From assembly GCF_006345805.1 (NCBI RefSeq), contig NC_042997.1, forward strand, positions 139,438,001-139,502,000: a stretch of DNA of 64,000 nucleotides, in the 5' to 3' direction. Made by a program: the position numbers and the translations under genes. This DNA is from Octopus sinensis (lineage: Eukaryota). The number at the start of each line of letters is the position of its first letter. The first letter of the stretch is position 1. Below, in pieces: positions 42,021-55,220 of this stretch. The notes beneath the pieces are model-generated. The model searched no databases, was not told the origin of the DNA, and worked only from the letters and a program-made list of their open reading frames with translations.

Positions 42021-42260
42021 TAAGGCGGCGAGCTGGCAGAAATGTTAGCACGCCGGATGAAAGGCTTTGCGGTATTTCGTCTGTCGTTACGTTGTGAGTT
42101 CAAATTCCGCCGAGGTTGACTTTGCCTTTCATCCTTTCGGGGTCGATAAATTAAGTACCAGTTACGCACTGGGGTCGATGTAATCGACTTAATACCTATG
42201 TCTGTCCTTGTTTGTCCCCTCTATGTTTAGCCCCTTGTGGGTAATAAAGAAATAGGTATT
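42021..42260 (+). mobile_element. SINE family B monomer
   Basis: aaggcggcgagctggcaga...gagttcaaattcc (B box)...gcctttcatcctttcggggtcgataaa (Deu/Nin-like core)...aaagaaataggtatt. Confidence 0.9.
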
Positions 42261-42384
42261 AAGTTACATCTCTTTACTTCCAGGTTTAAGCGTCAGGTTT
42301 TTGCCTTTTCCTCGATCGACAAAATACCAGTAGTAAAAGGCGGTTGTCTCATTTCTAACCTTATGCTAATCACCACCACCATTA

Positions 42385-42590
42385 TGTCGGGAAGCTGGCA
42401 GGATCGTTAACGCGCCGGGCAAAATTCTTAGCGACATTTCGTCCGTCTTTACGTTCTGACCTCAAATTCCGCCGAGGTCGACTCTACCTTCATTCTTCTC
42501 GAGTCAATAAAATAAGTACCAGTTGAATATTAAGGTAGATGTAATCTGCTTACACCCTCTCCCGGATCAGTTAGTATGCAACTTCACTTT
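42385..42590 (+). mobile_element. SINE family B followed by a long (ATT)n
   Basis: Family body match; (ATT)n at 42594-42742. Confidence 0.8.
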
Positions 42591-42618
42591 TCCTTATTAT
42601 TATTTATTATTATTATTA

Positions 42619-42742
<124 letters not shown>

Positions 42743-42759
42743 CCAGCACGCAAAGACTA

Positions 42760-45225
42760 CAGGGACCGGATTAGTGCACTAGTTAAGCGGAAGCAATCGT
42801 AAACCGACAGGTGACGGTTTACTTTGACCACTGAACAGATCTGAAAACTAGTCCGAAGACGTCTGTTTTCAGGGCGGCTTCCAAGTAACGATGGTCGACC
42901 CTATCGAATGCTTTCGATTGATCTAAATCGTCAACAACCGGTGGTGGGCCGCCATGAAGAGGGCGGTTAGAGTACAATCTATAGCGTTTAGCTAAAAGTT
43001 AACAATAGAAAGGAATAGCTTAGAGGGTGAACTAGTTAGCAAATTAGAAGACACCATTAGAAAGGGTATTGTGACCGATATGTTAGCGGCGAGAATGGCC
43101 CTTGACCATTTCTTCGAAGCGAAACACGAAGGTTGCGTTGTCAGAGCTAAGGCAAGTGCGCTCAGACATGAAGGAACTAAAGCTGTCCGATGGACACGAA
43201 TGGGGGAGGCGCGATATGGAAACGAAACCACGATCAGGCCTTTTACGAATTGAGACCGGCGCGTGCTACTTGGTTCTGAGCAGATGTGTGCGGCTTTTCA
43301 GCAATATTTCGCGCAGCTGTTTGGGGAGGGCAATGGGTCGACGACGGTAGTAGACTTTAGTTCGAGCCTTGACAGCCTGCTGCGACCTCGGCAGCTAATG
43401 CGAAGTTACGTCAAAAGCCGATAACGCCGCTGACAGTCGGGAGGCGATGAGTGATTGCACAAGTCACAAATCGCTCGGTTTGGATAGTCTGCCCTATGAA
43501 TTCTATGTATTCATGCCAGATTTGTTTGGCGACCTCTTGGCAGACGTCTACCACAACTGGCAACAGAGCGGGAGAATTCCTAGTGCTATTAGCCGAGGTG
43601 TAGTGATACTGCTGAGGAAGAATGCCGACAATGAGGACGTACTGGGGAATTTTCGGCCCATAACTCTGCTAAACAGAGAATTTAAGATTTTGGCCAAGGT
43701 GTTAGCGAAAAGGTTGGCGCTTGTCGTTGACAGCCTAGTCGGAGAAGCGCAATCCCGAGCAGATCTATCCACAACCTCCACCTAATGCGATACATCATCG
43801 AGAGGGTTGAGACCAAAGCTGGCTTCGGGGGTCCTCTGATCAATTTAGATCAATCGAAAGCATTCAATAGGGTCAACCATCGCTACTTGGAAACCGCCCT
43901 GAAAGCAAACGGTTCCGGACCCGTTTTCAGAAGCTGGATTGCTGCAATGCCCTACGGCATCTGTTCGGTGGTGAAAGTAAACCGTCACCTATCGGAACTG
44001 TTTGGCATCGCATGCTCGGTCCGTCAAGGTTGCCCGCTGTCGCCTTTTCTGTACATATTGGCACTCGAGCCACTGCTGCGGAAGCTGGAACAGCTAAGGG
44101 GCATCGCTTTCGAACTAGGAAGGGCAGTGTCAGCATACGCGGACGATGTCACCTCATGGTGTCGGACGCCTCTTAAGTGGAAACGGTCGGCACCATCCTA
44201 AAGGAATATGAGTCGGTTGCAGGGGCTGAAATCAATGCCGACAACTTGTTGGGTTTGCGGTTGGGCCCCTGGAGAGGCAGGTCGATGCCATCGGACGGCG
44301 TAGTCAGACTCTAGACCGACGGACCAGTTAAACTGCTCAGAGTCTTGTTTGGTTCCGACCTCCAGGTTGATAAGAACTGGGACAAGTTGGCGAACACGGT
44401 AGCCAGTCTTACCCAGAAATGGGCTGAGAGGAAGCTGTCTCTGAAAGGTCAGGCAGAGGTGACGAATACCTACATCGCCTCCGTTATAATTTATCGCCTG
44501 ACTGTTGTGCCTTGTCCCTGTTACTGCTTGACCAGGTTGAAGCGTATCCCATTTAAATTCTTGAGGAATTAACGCGGTCAGTCTGTTGCCAGCATCCTCT
44601 GAGTGGCGGATTAGGTAAGCCATGACTCCTAATGCGCAGACAGGTTCTTAGGTTACGTCACTTGCATTGATTTCTAGATGGTGAGCATATGTGGGCTCCG
44701 TTTCTGAGGCTCGTCTTTCCACAGCTCGTCTCCTTGACGAAGCTGCACTCCTAGGTGAAGAAAAGACCGAGACTGGACGCCTGGTACCTAGAATGTCGTC
44801 AGGAGCCCACAGCCCTCTACCAGTCGGGAAATGGGATCGGTGAATGTTTCACTTAAGAAATTTATAGAGGATTCGTGGCGGGGAAGTGCAACGACGTTCT
44901 CAAGGGACTCTGGGCGCCGACGAAACCGAACTGACTAGTCTGTTCCGAAGGACTTTCCAGTAGGGGACTATCATGGATAATTTCCAGATGTCCTTGGCCT
45001 GGAAGTGCTACCGGGCGTCGCTACCGATTCGACATAAACTCTACAGGGACGGATGTGCAGTCAGACGGGCCTGTCCGAGGTGCATGCAGTGGCGAAACCG
45101 TTCAGCACACTCTCGTTCAGTGTCCGGGCATTGCTGACTTGTGGGGTTATGTCGAATAGCTGCTGTCATACGTGGGACGGATCCTGTCTATCGGCCGAGT
45201 CTGTAGTGATGATTGCCCCTTTTTA
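42760..45225 (+). pseudogene. Tx1/L1-clade LINE ORF2 remnant
   Basis: SLGLDSLPYEFY..NFRPITLLNREFKILAK..LDQSKAFNRV..VRQGCPLSP..YADD..WAERKLSLKG..CPRC..ETVQH...QC. Confidence 0.9.
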
Positions 45226-45229
45226 GCGC

Positions 45230-46100
45230 CCTGTATCTTTGTTCGCTTTTAAGCTCCTCCTTCTCTTATCGTTCTAACAGAAATTTCCTTCGAGAGCATA
45301 TCCAACCCTGCCTGGATTCTTCTTTTCAACCATGGATCTTTTCTTTTGTCACTCCCATTATGTTTCTTTTTCTTGACATCAACACCCACGTTTCTTGCTA
45401 CAACAATACTTACTGCCTTGAACAAATTATTTGTTTCCTTGGTGTTGTTTGTTCTGATGTATTTCAGAATTTCATTGAAATTATTCGTTTCTTGGTTCAA
45501 TTTCCACCGATCAACCTTTTTTAAGGTTGCAAATAATGTCGCTATCGTTCTCTTGTAGTCTTACCTTTATTCTGTCATAGATTGACTTATGTTCATCTGT
45601 CATGTTGCCATTAGTTTTATTGTCTTCTTTTAAACCATCTATATGTCTCTCATCAAGTAAACTACCACTGCTCCTTTCCTGTGCTATGAGATTACTTTCT
45701 TAGTAAGAACTGTATTTTCATTGTTATCTCTGCTGCTATTTTCCAAGACCCATCTTTTGATAGCTTCGAGCTCTACTTCTGTGAACCAACGATATTTTCT
45801 TATTGCTCTAGCTTGATCACATGGTCTCTATTCCGTGAGTTGAAACAGGCCCTTATCCCTCCAATGATCATACATACGTTGTCGGTAACCCCTGATTTGA
45901 GCACCATTTTCATCTACCGAGTTGCTCAAAGAGTAACACTCCATGACCACAGCATTAATTTGATTGCTCCATCTACACCATGTGTGGTGGTCCCTTTCTA
46001 GCTATCGACAGGCTGGAGCCGGACCAGAATCTCTGAGCCTACCGGGTGTAACACTGTCACCATCAATGGCTTCAGTTTCATTACCACCGTTATTCGCAAA
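45230..46100 (-). pseudogene. R4/Dong-type LINE N-terminal region
   Basis: QARAIRKYRWFTEVELEAIKR and ETNNLFKAVSIVVA..DPWLKRRIQ, typical of the R4/Dong N-terminus. Confidence 0.65.
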
Positions 46101-47061
46101 TCTTGTTTTTTCATTGTTACTCATATGAGGTAGCGATTATCAGGTTGCACAATTACCAGTGTTTTTATTGTGACACCATCACTAGATGTATCATTAATCA
46201 GGACATGGGGAGACTCCACTCGCTTCCTTTCATTATTATTATCATCACTGATATCACATATATTATTGTTTTTATTTTTTACTATTTGTCATTGTTATAT
46301 TAACAGACTCAGAGGTTACACCGGCCTATGCAGAGTAGGTGTGACACCAATTTCCAGCGCTGTTCACAAGAACAGCCGCATAGAAAATTACACCATTTGA
46401 TCTGGTCTTCCTCGGCGATGTTCTGTCATGCTGAACGACTTTCCAGAGAGTCCATTGCTCACTTGTAATCTTCTTCGGCGAACAGACTCTTCTTCAGTCT
46501 TCTATTGCCGTTGTCAGTTACTGCCTTTATTGTTGTAATTGTTGTATCTATGTGTAGTAGCAGCAGTGGTGGCAGCAGCAGCAACAGTAGTAGGGGTGGG
46601 TGTAGTTGTAGTAGTGATAGTTGGGCCTCAGATTCCTGTGCAATCAGAATAGTAGTAGTTGTAGCAGTAGCAGCTGCAGCATATTATCATTATTTTTATT
46701 TTTATCATTATCACCATCACCACCACTAATATCGTTATTATCATTATTACTATTTCCATTTATTATTAAAAGATTTTATTCAACTTTTGTCTTGTACTTG
46801 AGATAACCATAAATATGTGGTTGTTGGAGGAAATAGTTGGGGAAGAGTAGCAGCTTGGTGACTAGATCAAAACCTACAGGTCTATAAATAGATTCGGCAG
46901 ATTGTGGGGAAGTCAGCCATAGAGACAAAAGAATCTCTGCACCCTTTGGGTCAGCAGGGGTCAAATGTGTTTACTTTAAACAACGGCTACCGAGAGCGCT
47001 GCCCTTGGCCTTGAAAAACAGCAATTCAACCTGTTCTATTTGTAATTATTGGTAGAAAAAT

Positions 47062-47123
<62 letters not shown>

Positions 47124-47134
47124 CTGATAATAGC

Positions 47135-48320
47135 GTCGTTGAATTTTTGAATTTCTGAATTCAATTGTTTGTTGCAATAAAAGGTATGTTTACATATTTG
47201 GGTAGTCAGGGATAAGTTTCATACAAAATTTGATATATTAAAGTTTTAAAGTTTTCTTGAGATGTTCGTTTGTCTGTCCAGCTGGAGAATACAGTAGCAT
47301 TTTTGCAATGAAAAGAATGTTTACATTTTCGAATACTCAGGGAGAGATAAAAAAGCAAAGAAAACGAGGGTAATATTTTCACAGAAAGTTGTAGATAGTA
47401 AAATTTTAAGATTTAGTAAATATGGTGTTTTGTATGACCGCACAGAGAGAATTTGTAGTGTTCTTAGAATAAAAAGGAGGATTTTTACATTTTCGAATAC
47501 TCGGGGTGAAAGGAAAGGATAGGTATTCTCAGAAGTTGTAGATATTAAGTTTTTTTTTTTTTAAAGCTGATCGTTTGTGTATTCGAAAGTTGTAGGCATG
47601 TAAGTTTCCTAACTTATTTTGATGGAGATTTAAAATATTCACAGAAGATTGTATATATTCCAGTCTTTCGGAATAGTAGGAGGAAGAGATGTTCGCCTTG
47701 TTGAATTTTTAAATTTCTGAATTTCTTTTTCCTTTTCTTTTGGAATTTTTCTTTTCTTTTTAATAGTTTTGCTGTGGTTTACAGTTTTTGTAGTTATGCA
47801 GTATATATATATATATATATATATTGGCAGGTGCTTACCTCCTTAATTTTTTTATCGTGCATTTAATTGTGTTGTTATTCGGGTAGTCAGGGGAAAAGGA
47901 AAGATAAAATGTTCATACAAAATTGGAGATATTAAAGTTTCTAAATTTTGTTTGAGATGTTCGTTTGTATGTCCTTTCAGAGAAGACTCTAGTGTTTTTG
48001 CAATAAAAAGGGTCTTTACATTTTCGAATATTCAGGGAGAAAGAAAAGGAAATTGTAGATATTAAGGTTTTAAAATTTACTGGAGATTATCTTTTGTCTG
48101 TTCGAACAGAGGAAACTGTAGTGTTCTTGGAATAAAGAGGATGTTTACATTTTCGAATACTCAGGGAGAAAGGAAAAGATAGGTATTCACAGGTGTTGTA
48201 GATATTAAAGATTTTAAAGCTGATCGTTTATGTGTTCGAAAACTGTAGATATAAGTTTCTTAACTTATTTTGAGGGAAATTCAAAATACTCACAGGAAAT
48301 TGTAGATATTCCAGTCTATG
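47135..48320. repeat. Degenerate higher-order minisatellite (~145-bp subunits within two ~600-bp blocks)
   Basis: Recurring tttacattttcgaatactcagggaga and gttgtagatattaa; block markers gttgaattttt.aatttctgaatt at about 47138 and 47700. Confidence 0.75.
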
Positions 48321-48452
48321 ACAGTTATTTTTCAGTTGTCCTGCTGGGTTGTATTAGTGTTTCTGTGTCTTCAGCTGCTGATAGGTCAGAGCAGCGAAGA
48401 ACACGTCCAGCCGCTGTCATGTCCGGCCTGGTTGTTGTTATCATCATGATCA

Positions 48453-48534
<82 letters not shown>

Positions 48535-48535
<1 letters not shown>

Positions 48536-48903
48536 TTGGTTTGGCTCAAGTTCGGTTTTATTCCTGGTAGGATTTATATGGGTAACCAGCAGTCTTTCAA
48601 GTGCTTAGAACCCTCCTGATAACACTTGCTGTTCCTAAGAAACTAACTTTCTGTAGGAGCTCTATTATTTCAATCTCCTTCAATCACTTTCTATATCTTT
48701 GCTTACTTCTCCCAACACACCAATTATTATAGGCACGACCTTTATTGTTTGAGTACTCCAAATTCTTCCTATTTCAAATCTTAAGGGATTGTATTTTTGT
48801 TTGTTTTTCTTCCTCTTTCTTTACGATCCTGGAATCAAACGAGGATGATGGGTTGATAAGTAACTTCGCCTTTCCTTATCCATAATTGTTGAATCAATAA
48901 TTG

Positions 48904-48964
<61 letters not shown>

Positions 48965-49167
48965 AGGCGATGAGCTGGCAGATCGTTAAGCACGCCGAGA
49001 AAAATGCTTGTAGGCATTTCGTCCGTCTTTACATTCTGAATTCAAATCTCACCGATGTCGACTTTGCTTTTCATCCTTTCGGGGTCAATGAATTAAATAC
49101 CAGTCAAGTGCGGGGTCGACTTACCCCAACCCATCAAATTTCAGGCTTTGTGCCTATAGTACAAAAG

Positions 49168-49236
<69 letters not shown>

Positions 49237-49602
49237 TTGGTTTGGCTCAAGTTCGGTTTTATTCCTGGTAGGATTTATATGGGTAACCAGCAGTCTTTCA
49301 AGTGCTTAGAACCCTCCTGATAACACTTGCTGTTCCTAAGAAACTAACTTTCTGTAGGAGCTCTATTATTTCAATCTCCTTCAATCACTTTCTATATCTT
49401 TGCTTACTTCTCCCAACACACCAATTATTATAGGCACGACCTTTATTGTTTGAGTACTCCAAATTCTTCCTATTTCAATCTTAAGGGATTGTATTTTTGT
49501 TTGTTTTTCTTCCTCTTCTTTACGATCCTGGAATCAAACGAGGATGATGGGTTGATAAGTAACTTCGCCTTTCCTTATCCATAATTGTTGAATCAATAAT
49601 TG

Positions 49603-49660
<58 letters not shown>

Positions 49661-49863
49661 AGGCGATGAGCTGGCAGATCGTTAAGCACGCCGAGAAAAA
49701 TGCTTGTAGGCATTTCGTCCGTCTTTACATTCTGAATTCAAATCTCACCGATGTCGACTTTGCTTTTCATCCTTTCGGGGTCAATGAATTAAATACCAGT
49801 CAAGTGCGGGGTCGACTTACCCCAACCCATCAAATTTCAGGCTTTGTGCCTATAGTACAAAAG
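48535..49863. repeat. ~700-bp tandem duplication (Dong 3' fragment on -, SINE B on +)
   Basis: 48538-49167 is near-identical to 49239-49863 and is bounded by (ATT)n. Confidence 0.95.
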
Positions 49864-49923
<60 letters not shown>

Positions 49924-49924
49924 T

Positions 49925-50690
49925 TATACTTTTGCTTTGTATTTGTACAAGTTAATTCCAAGTCTCACCCAGAGACATCAAGAGACAACAAGTTAGAAGT
50001 TCAAGTTGGTATTAAAACATAAGAAAATTATAAGTTTGTTTTAAAATTTGAGATTACAGAGACAATATTTTACGTAGGATATGGACAATTCCCGTGAGCA
50101 CTATCTTTTGAATTTCTGCCATTTCGGAGTATCCTGGTATCTGAGCTAGGTAAGAATCATCCCCTTTTGCTATCATTCCTAGGGCACCTATGATAGCAGG
50201 TATTGTTTTAGTCTTGAGGTTCCACATTTTGCCAATTTCTATTTCAAGATCTTTATACTTGCTCAGTTTTTGGTAGGTCTTGACAGATACGTTTATATTG
50301 ATTGGGACAGTCATATCAATGGGGAGGCATGGCTTTTATCTGAAGTCCTTCAATATAATGTCTGGCATCTATCTTTCTGTCACTTTGAACGGTGAAGTTC
50401 CAGAGGATTAGGATGTGGTCATTTTCGAGCACTGGAGGTGGTTTGTTTTTATCATGGGGCAGGTCCAAGTCTTTTTTTTTTCAAATTACCCAGTGAATTT
50501 ATAGTGCTGCTCTATCATACCTATTGAGATACTCTGCAGGCGCAAGAAGACTGCTCATGGAGACAACATGATCAATGCTTTCATTTTGTTGTTAATATAC
50601 ATGACATATTGGGCTACTGCCTTTCTTTAATAAATTGGCCTGGTAGCTCCTTGTATGTAAGCATTGATCTTGGGCTGCTATGATAAGCCC
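49925..50690 (-). pseudogene. R4/Dong-type LINE 3' fragment (TAA-associated group)
   Basis: IAAQDQCL..ESIDHVVS..PDIIL..IDMTVP..KLSKYKDLEIEIGKMW..IIGALG..IQKIVLTGIVHILRKILSL*. Confidence 0.85.
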
Positions 50691-50745
50691 TTCTGTTGTT
50701 GTTGTTGTTGTTGTTGTTGTTGTGTTGTTGTTGTTGTTGTCATAT

Positions 50746-50958
50746 CAGGCAGCGAGCTGGAAGAATCGTTAGCACGCCGGGCAAAATGCCTAGCGGTATT
50801 TCGTATGTCTTCATGTTCTGAGTTCAAATTACGCCGAAGTCGTCTTTGCTTTTCATCCTTTCGGGGTCAATAAATTATGTACCAGTCAAGTTCTGGGGAC
50901 GATGTGATCTACTTACTACCTCCCAACATATTTTGGGCCATGTGCCTATGGCAAATAT
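50746..50958 (+). mobile_element. SINE family B
   Basis: aggcagcgagctggaagaatcgttagcacgcc...; ends in att repeats. Confidence 0.85.
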
Positions 50959-50964
50959 TATTAT

Positions 50965-52630
50965 CATTCAGTAGTCTTATTTTTATCACGTGCTTTCACT
51001 GCACTACCAAGTGCAGCTCTGTGTGCCTTGGGCATGTGCTGTGGTTTGTTGTGATGCTCTTATTTTTACTGTATTGAAAGTGTTTTGCGTAGGATGTGTG
51101 CGGTGCCTAGTAGTGCTAATTTCTGTATGTTATATATACTTGTTAGTCCTGGTGTTTTTGTTATATATTTGTCTGAATATTTCTTTATCATACCTAATGT
51201 GCTTAATATGATAGGAATTATTCTTTTACTCTTTTACTTGTTTCAGCCATTTGACTGCGGCCATGCTGGAGCACCGCCTTTAGTCGAGCAAATCGACCCC
51301 GGGACTTATTCTTTGTAAGCCAAGTACTTATTCTATTGGTCTCTTTTACTGAACCGCTAGTTACAGGGACGTAAACACACCACCATCGGTTTTCAAGCGA
51401 TGTTGGGAGTACAAATACAGACACACAAACATATACACACACATATATATATAACATATATACGATGGGCTTCTTTCAGTTCCCGTCTACCAAATCCACT
51501 CACAAGGCTTTAGTCGGCCTGAGGCTATAGTAGAAGACACTTGCCCAAGGTGCCACGCAGTGGGAATGAACTCTGAACCATGTGGTTGGTAAGCAAGCTA
51601 CTTACCACACAGCCACTCATGCGCCTATTGTTTGTTTGTTTTTAGACTCCACATTCGAGTTGCCTCTATTTCCAGGTTTTTGTATTTTGAAAATTTCTCC
51701 ATTTCTTTTAAAGAGAAATTGTCATCGATTAGAAAGCATTTTTTTTTCCTGGTGACCTCTGACAACTATATCCAGCCTATTGGCCTTAATTTCCCTATCT
51801 GTGTGTACTGGCATATCCCATAGTATGGTTGCTTTCTCATTTTCTGTGATCTTTTCAGGCATGTGCCAATTCTATCTTTTTCCTTTTGTTATTCTATAGT
51901 GTTGGCATAGCTTCCAGTGTAAAAAGATCCTATCTCTGTCGTGTCTGTAAATATATTCCTTCTTAGGCAGAACTGGGCAGCCAGAAACATTATGGTTTAC
52001 TGTTTCTTATCCATCTCCACATATTCTGCAGTTACTTGTGCTTCTTTTCATTGTATGTTTTTGGTAATTTCTGGTGGGAAGACTTTAGTCTTGTGTTGCA
52101 ATTAAAAATCCTTCAGTCTCTGTTTTGAGTCCTGAGCTTCTCAACCATTGCTGGGATTTTTCTTTGTCTATTTCTTTTGCATTTAGCTTAGTCTATTATT
52201 CGCCATGAAGGGGCTTTCCTTACCATCGTTTTATCCTGATCCGTTGCTGTTCCAGTTTTAGTTTGAATTTCATTTGTTTTACAGCTTTTGTTGTTTCTTC
52301 TTTTTCTTCATAGCTACTATGACTTCTTTTTTGTATTTCTCAGCTTCCTTAAAGACTGAAAGCAGAATTTTTTTGCTCGTGTTTTATGGCTATCTGTATT
52401 AGTTTCCCTTGCTTCTGAAGTAGGTATTTTTGTAGTCCTATGGTGGTTATTTTGTAATAGTTTTCTAGCTGTATAAGACCTCTACGTTGTATATATAACC
52501 TTTCTATGTCAGATTTTGGGTGGTGCATCCTAAATCCTATCATTATTTTTCTTGTTTTCCTGTCTTTCGTTTAGAGTCCAGTTAAAGATATTGTAGTTGT
52601 AACTTATAACTGGGACGGCTAAAATGTTGA
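50965..52630 (-). pseudogene. R4/Dong-type LINE 3' half (TAA-associated group), interrupted by SINE A
   Basis: MHHPKSDIERLY..GLKTETEGFLIATQD..CRICG..HNVSGC..RHD..ILWDMPVHTDREIKANRLDI..IQKLALLGTAHILRK; (TAA)n at both ends. Confidence 0.9.
51222..51627 (-). mobile_element. SINE family A, full length
   Basis: Complete head, body and tail; sits inside the Dong RLE domain. Confidence 0.9.
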
Positions 52631-52722
52631 TACCGATTATCTTGTTATTATCATTATTATCATCATCATCATTATTATTATTATTGTTGTTGTTGTTATC
52701 ATTATTATTATTGTTATTATTA

Positions 52723-52798
<76 letters not shown>

Positions 52799-52807
52799 TA
52801 TTATTAT

Positions 52808-53019
52808 TCAGTAGTTTTATTTTTATAGCGTGCTTTCACTTTACTACCGAGCACAGCTCTGTGTGCCTTGGGTATGTGCTGTGATTTGTTGTGATGCTCT
52901 GATGGTTATTGTATGGAAAGTGTTCTGGGTAGGATGTGTGCAGTGCCTAGTAGTGCAATTTTCTGTATGTTATATGTGTTTGTAAGTCCTGGTGTTTTTG
53001 TTATGTATTTGTCTGAATA

Positions 53020-53030
<11 letters not shown>
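52808..53030 (-). mobile_element. Dong 3'-terminal fragment in (TAA)n
   Basis: SDKYITKTPGLTNTYNIQKIALLGTAHILPRTLSIQ* plus 3'UTR. Confidence 0.85.
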
Positions 53031-53052
<22 letters not shown>

Positions 53053-53096
53053 CATTATTATTGTTATTATTATTATCATTATTATTATTATTATTA

Positions 53097-53138
<42 letters not shown>

Positions 53139-53149
53139 CATCATCATCA

Positions 53150-53708
53150 TTGAGCGGCAGAGCAGCGCATGTCATCAAAAGTGACACTGAGGTACAAATA
53201 TACGAAGCCCAATATACCTATCGTGACTACCCGTCTGATAAGAGTATTCCAGGCACATGCTTCACAACCATGTGTGCCCAACGTGCTAACCTCATATCAA
53301 GATAAACAGCGCATTACCTTGCAGGTGAGACCCAGTTAGAATTTTCTTCGGGTCGAGTAGTCCATTCCGCTCAAAAGGTCCCTGAATAAGGGTTGTTTAA
53401 GGATGTTGAACGAAACACCCATGTTTCCTGAGGTGAATTATTCAAACCCCAAAGAATTTCTCTCAACACATGGCTATGATGCTCCCTCACTTCTGCTCGT
53501 GATCAGAGATGCACATATCGTCAGCCACTAAGGGACATGCTCAACCGGTTACGGTCAAACAACTGACAAGCAAATATGTGGTATTGAGCAGAATATTTGC
53601 TGTAGCCCATCTTTTATACAACGACAAAACAATGTACATGATAACACTTCCAATAAGTTAAGATGAGAAGCCATGAAAGCCACTACTTGGTACTGCATCA
53701 GGGCATTT
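53150..53708. mobile_element. Unclassified ~560-bp non-coding insert between (ATT/ATC)n tracts
   Basis: Complex sequence with sharp microsatellite boundaries and no recognisable ORF. Confidence 0.4.
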
Positions 53709-53725
53709 TATTATTATTATTATTA

Positions 53726-53940
53726 TTCAGTAGTTTTATTTTTATAGCGTGCTTTCACTTCACTACCGAGCGCAGCTCTGTGTGCCTTGGGTATGTGCTG
53801 TGATTTGTTGAGATGCTTTGATGGTTATTGTATGGAAAGTGTTCTGCGTAGGATGTGTGCAGTGCCTAGTAGTGCAATTTTCTGTATGTTATATGTGTTT
53901 GTAAGTCCTGGTGTTTTTGTTATGTATTTGTCTGAATTTT
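53726..53940 (-). mobile_element. Dong 3'-terminal fragment in (TAA)n
   Basis: Near-identical to 52808-53030 with the same truncation point. Confidence 0.85.
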
Positions 53941-53952
53941 TTTTTTTATTAC

Positions 53953-54003
<51 letters not shown>

Positions 54004-54028
54004 CATCATCATCATCAGCATCATCATC

Positions 54029-54096
<68 letters not shown>

Positions 54097-54136
54097 TATT
54101 ATTATTGTTGTTGTTGTTGTTATCGCTGTTATCATA

Positions 54137-54350
54137 AGGGCGGCGAGCTGGTAGAATCGTTAGCACGCCGGGCGAAATGCTTAACGACATTTCGTCCGTC
54201 GATACGTTCTGAGTTCAAATTCCGCCGAGGTCGACTTTGCCTTTCATCCTTTCAGGGTCAATAAAATAAGTACCAGTAAAACACTGAGGTTGATGTAATC
54301 GACTATCTCCTCCCCACAAATTCTAGGCCTTGTGCCTATAGTAGAAAGGA
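54137..54350 (+). mobile_element. SINE family B
   Basis: Full head and core; tail gtagaaaggattattatt. Confidence 0.9.
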
Positions 54351-55045
54351 TTATTATTATTGTTCATACTGGTTGGACGTGCATCGCATCTTTCGTAAGT
54401 TTACCTGTTTATTTGTGTTTTCGTAAGTCTATCTGCTTATTTGTGTCTTCAAAGGTTGTCTATTACTAAAATTTTGTCACAAAGCATTTGTTAAAGCCAC
54501 CAGTACCACATATGACTGGTTGGTTTATTTGTTCGTGCCCCCTTTGGAGGCACAAGTTCGAAAATAAATATTCTCAATTTTGTTTTGAAAAATAATTCTT
54601 TAAAAACAAGCATGGCGATGTCTGTCTTGTCCAGTGTCCTGAAAGACTTCAGGGATATCTCTAATAGAGAGTTACAACCCTCGCCCACACCTTCACATGC
54701 AGGGGAGGTGAACACTCATCAAGTCCAAAGTCCAACAAAACAAAAAACAACTCTATCAAGTACACTACAACCACCAACACCATCACCACCACTACCACTA
54801 CAATCACAGAAAATATGACAAAAGCAAAACAAAAAAAAAACAATAACGAAATCACGGCAACACATGTGGCAATAGCAATGTAAATGTAATTAACAATAAC
54901 ATCAATAACAAGAACAACAACAATACATTCGCAGCAACGGTTGCCAAAGGAAATGTTTAGTATAAACATTTTAGAAAAAGCCCTATGTGTGACTCAATCG
55001 GCCAAATTAATCAAACCTAGAAAATCATAAGCTGCCGAGGTACTG

Positions 55046-55213
55046 GAATAAACACAAAAATAAGACATAAGAATAAACACAAAAATAAGACATAAGAATA
55101 AACACAAAAATAAGACATAAGAATAAACACAAAAATAAGACATAAGAATAAACACAAAAATAAGACATAAGAATAAACACAAAAATAAGACATAAGAATA
55201 AACACAAAAATAA
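55046..55213 (+). repeat. Perfect 25-bp minisatellite, 6.7 copies
   Basis: gaataaacacaaaaataagacataa x6 plus an 18-bp partial copy. Confidence 0.95.
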
Positions 55214-55220
55214 ATGCGTA

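Noticed and set aside
55046-55213. 25-bp repeats as a CRISPR array
   Set aside because: Units are contiguous with no spacers, there are no cas genes, and the context is eukaryotic.
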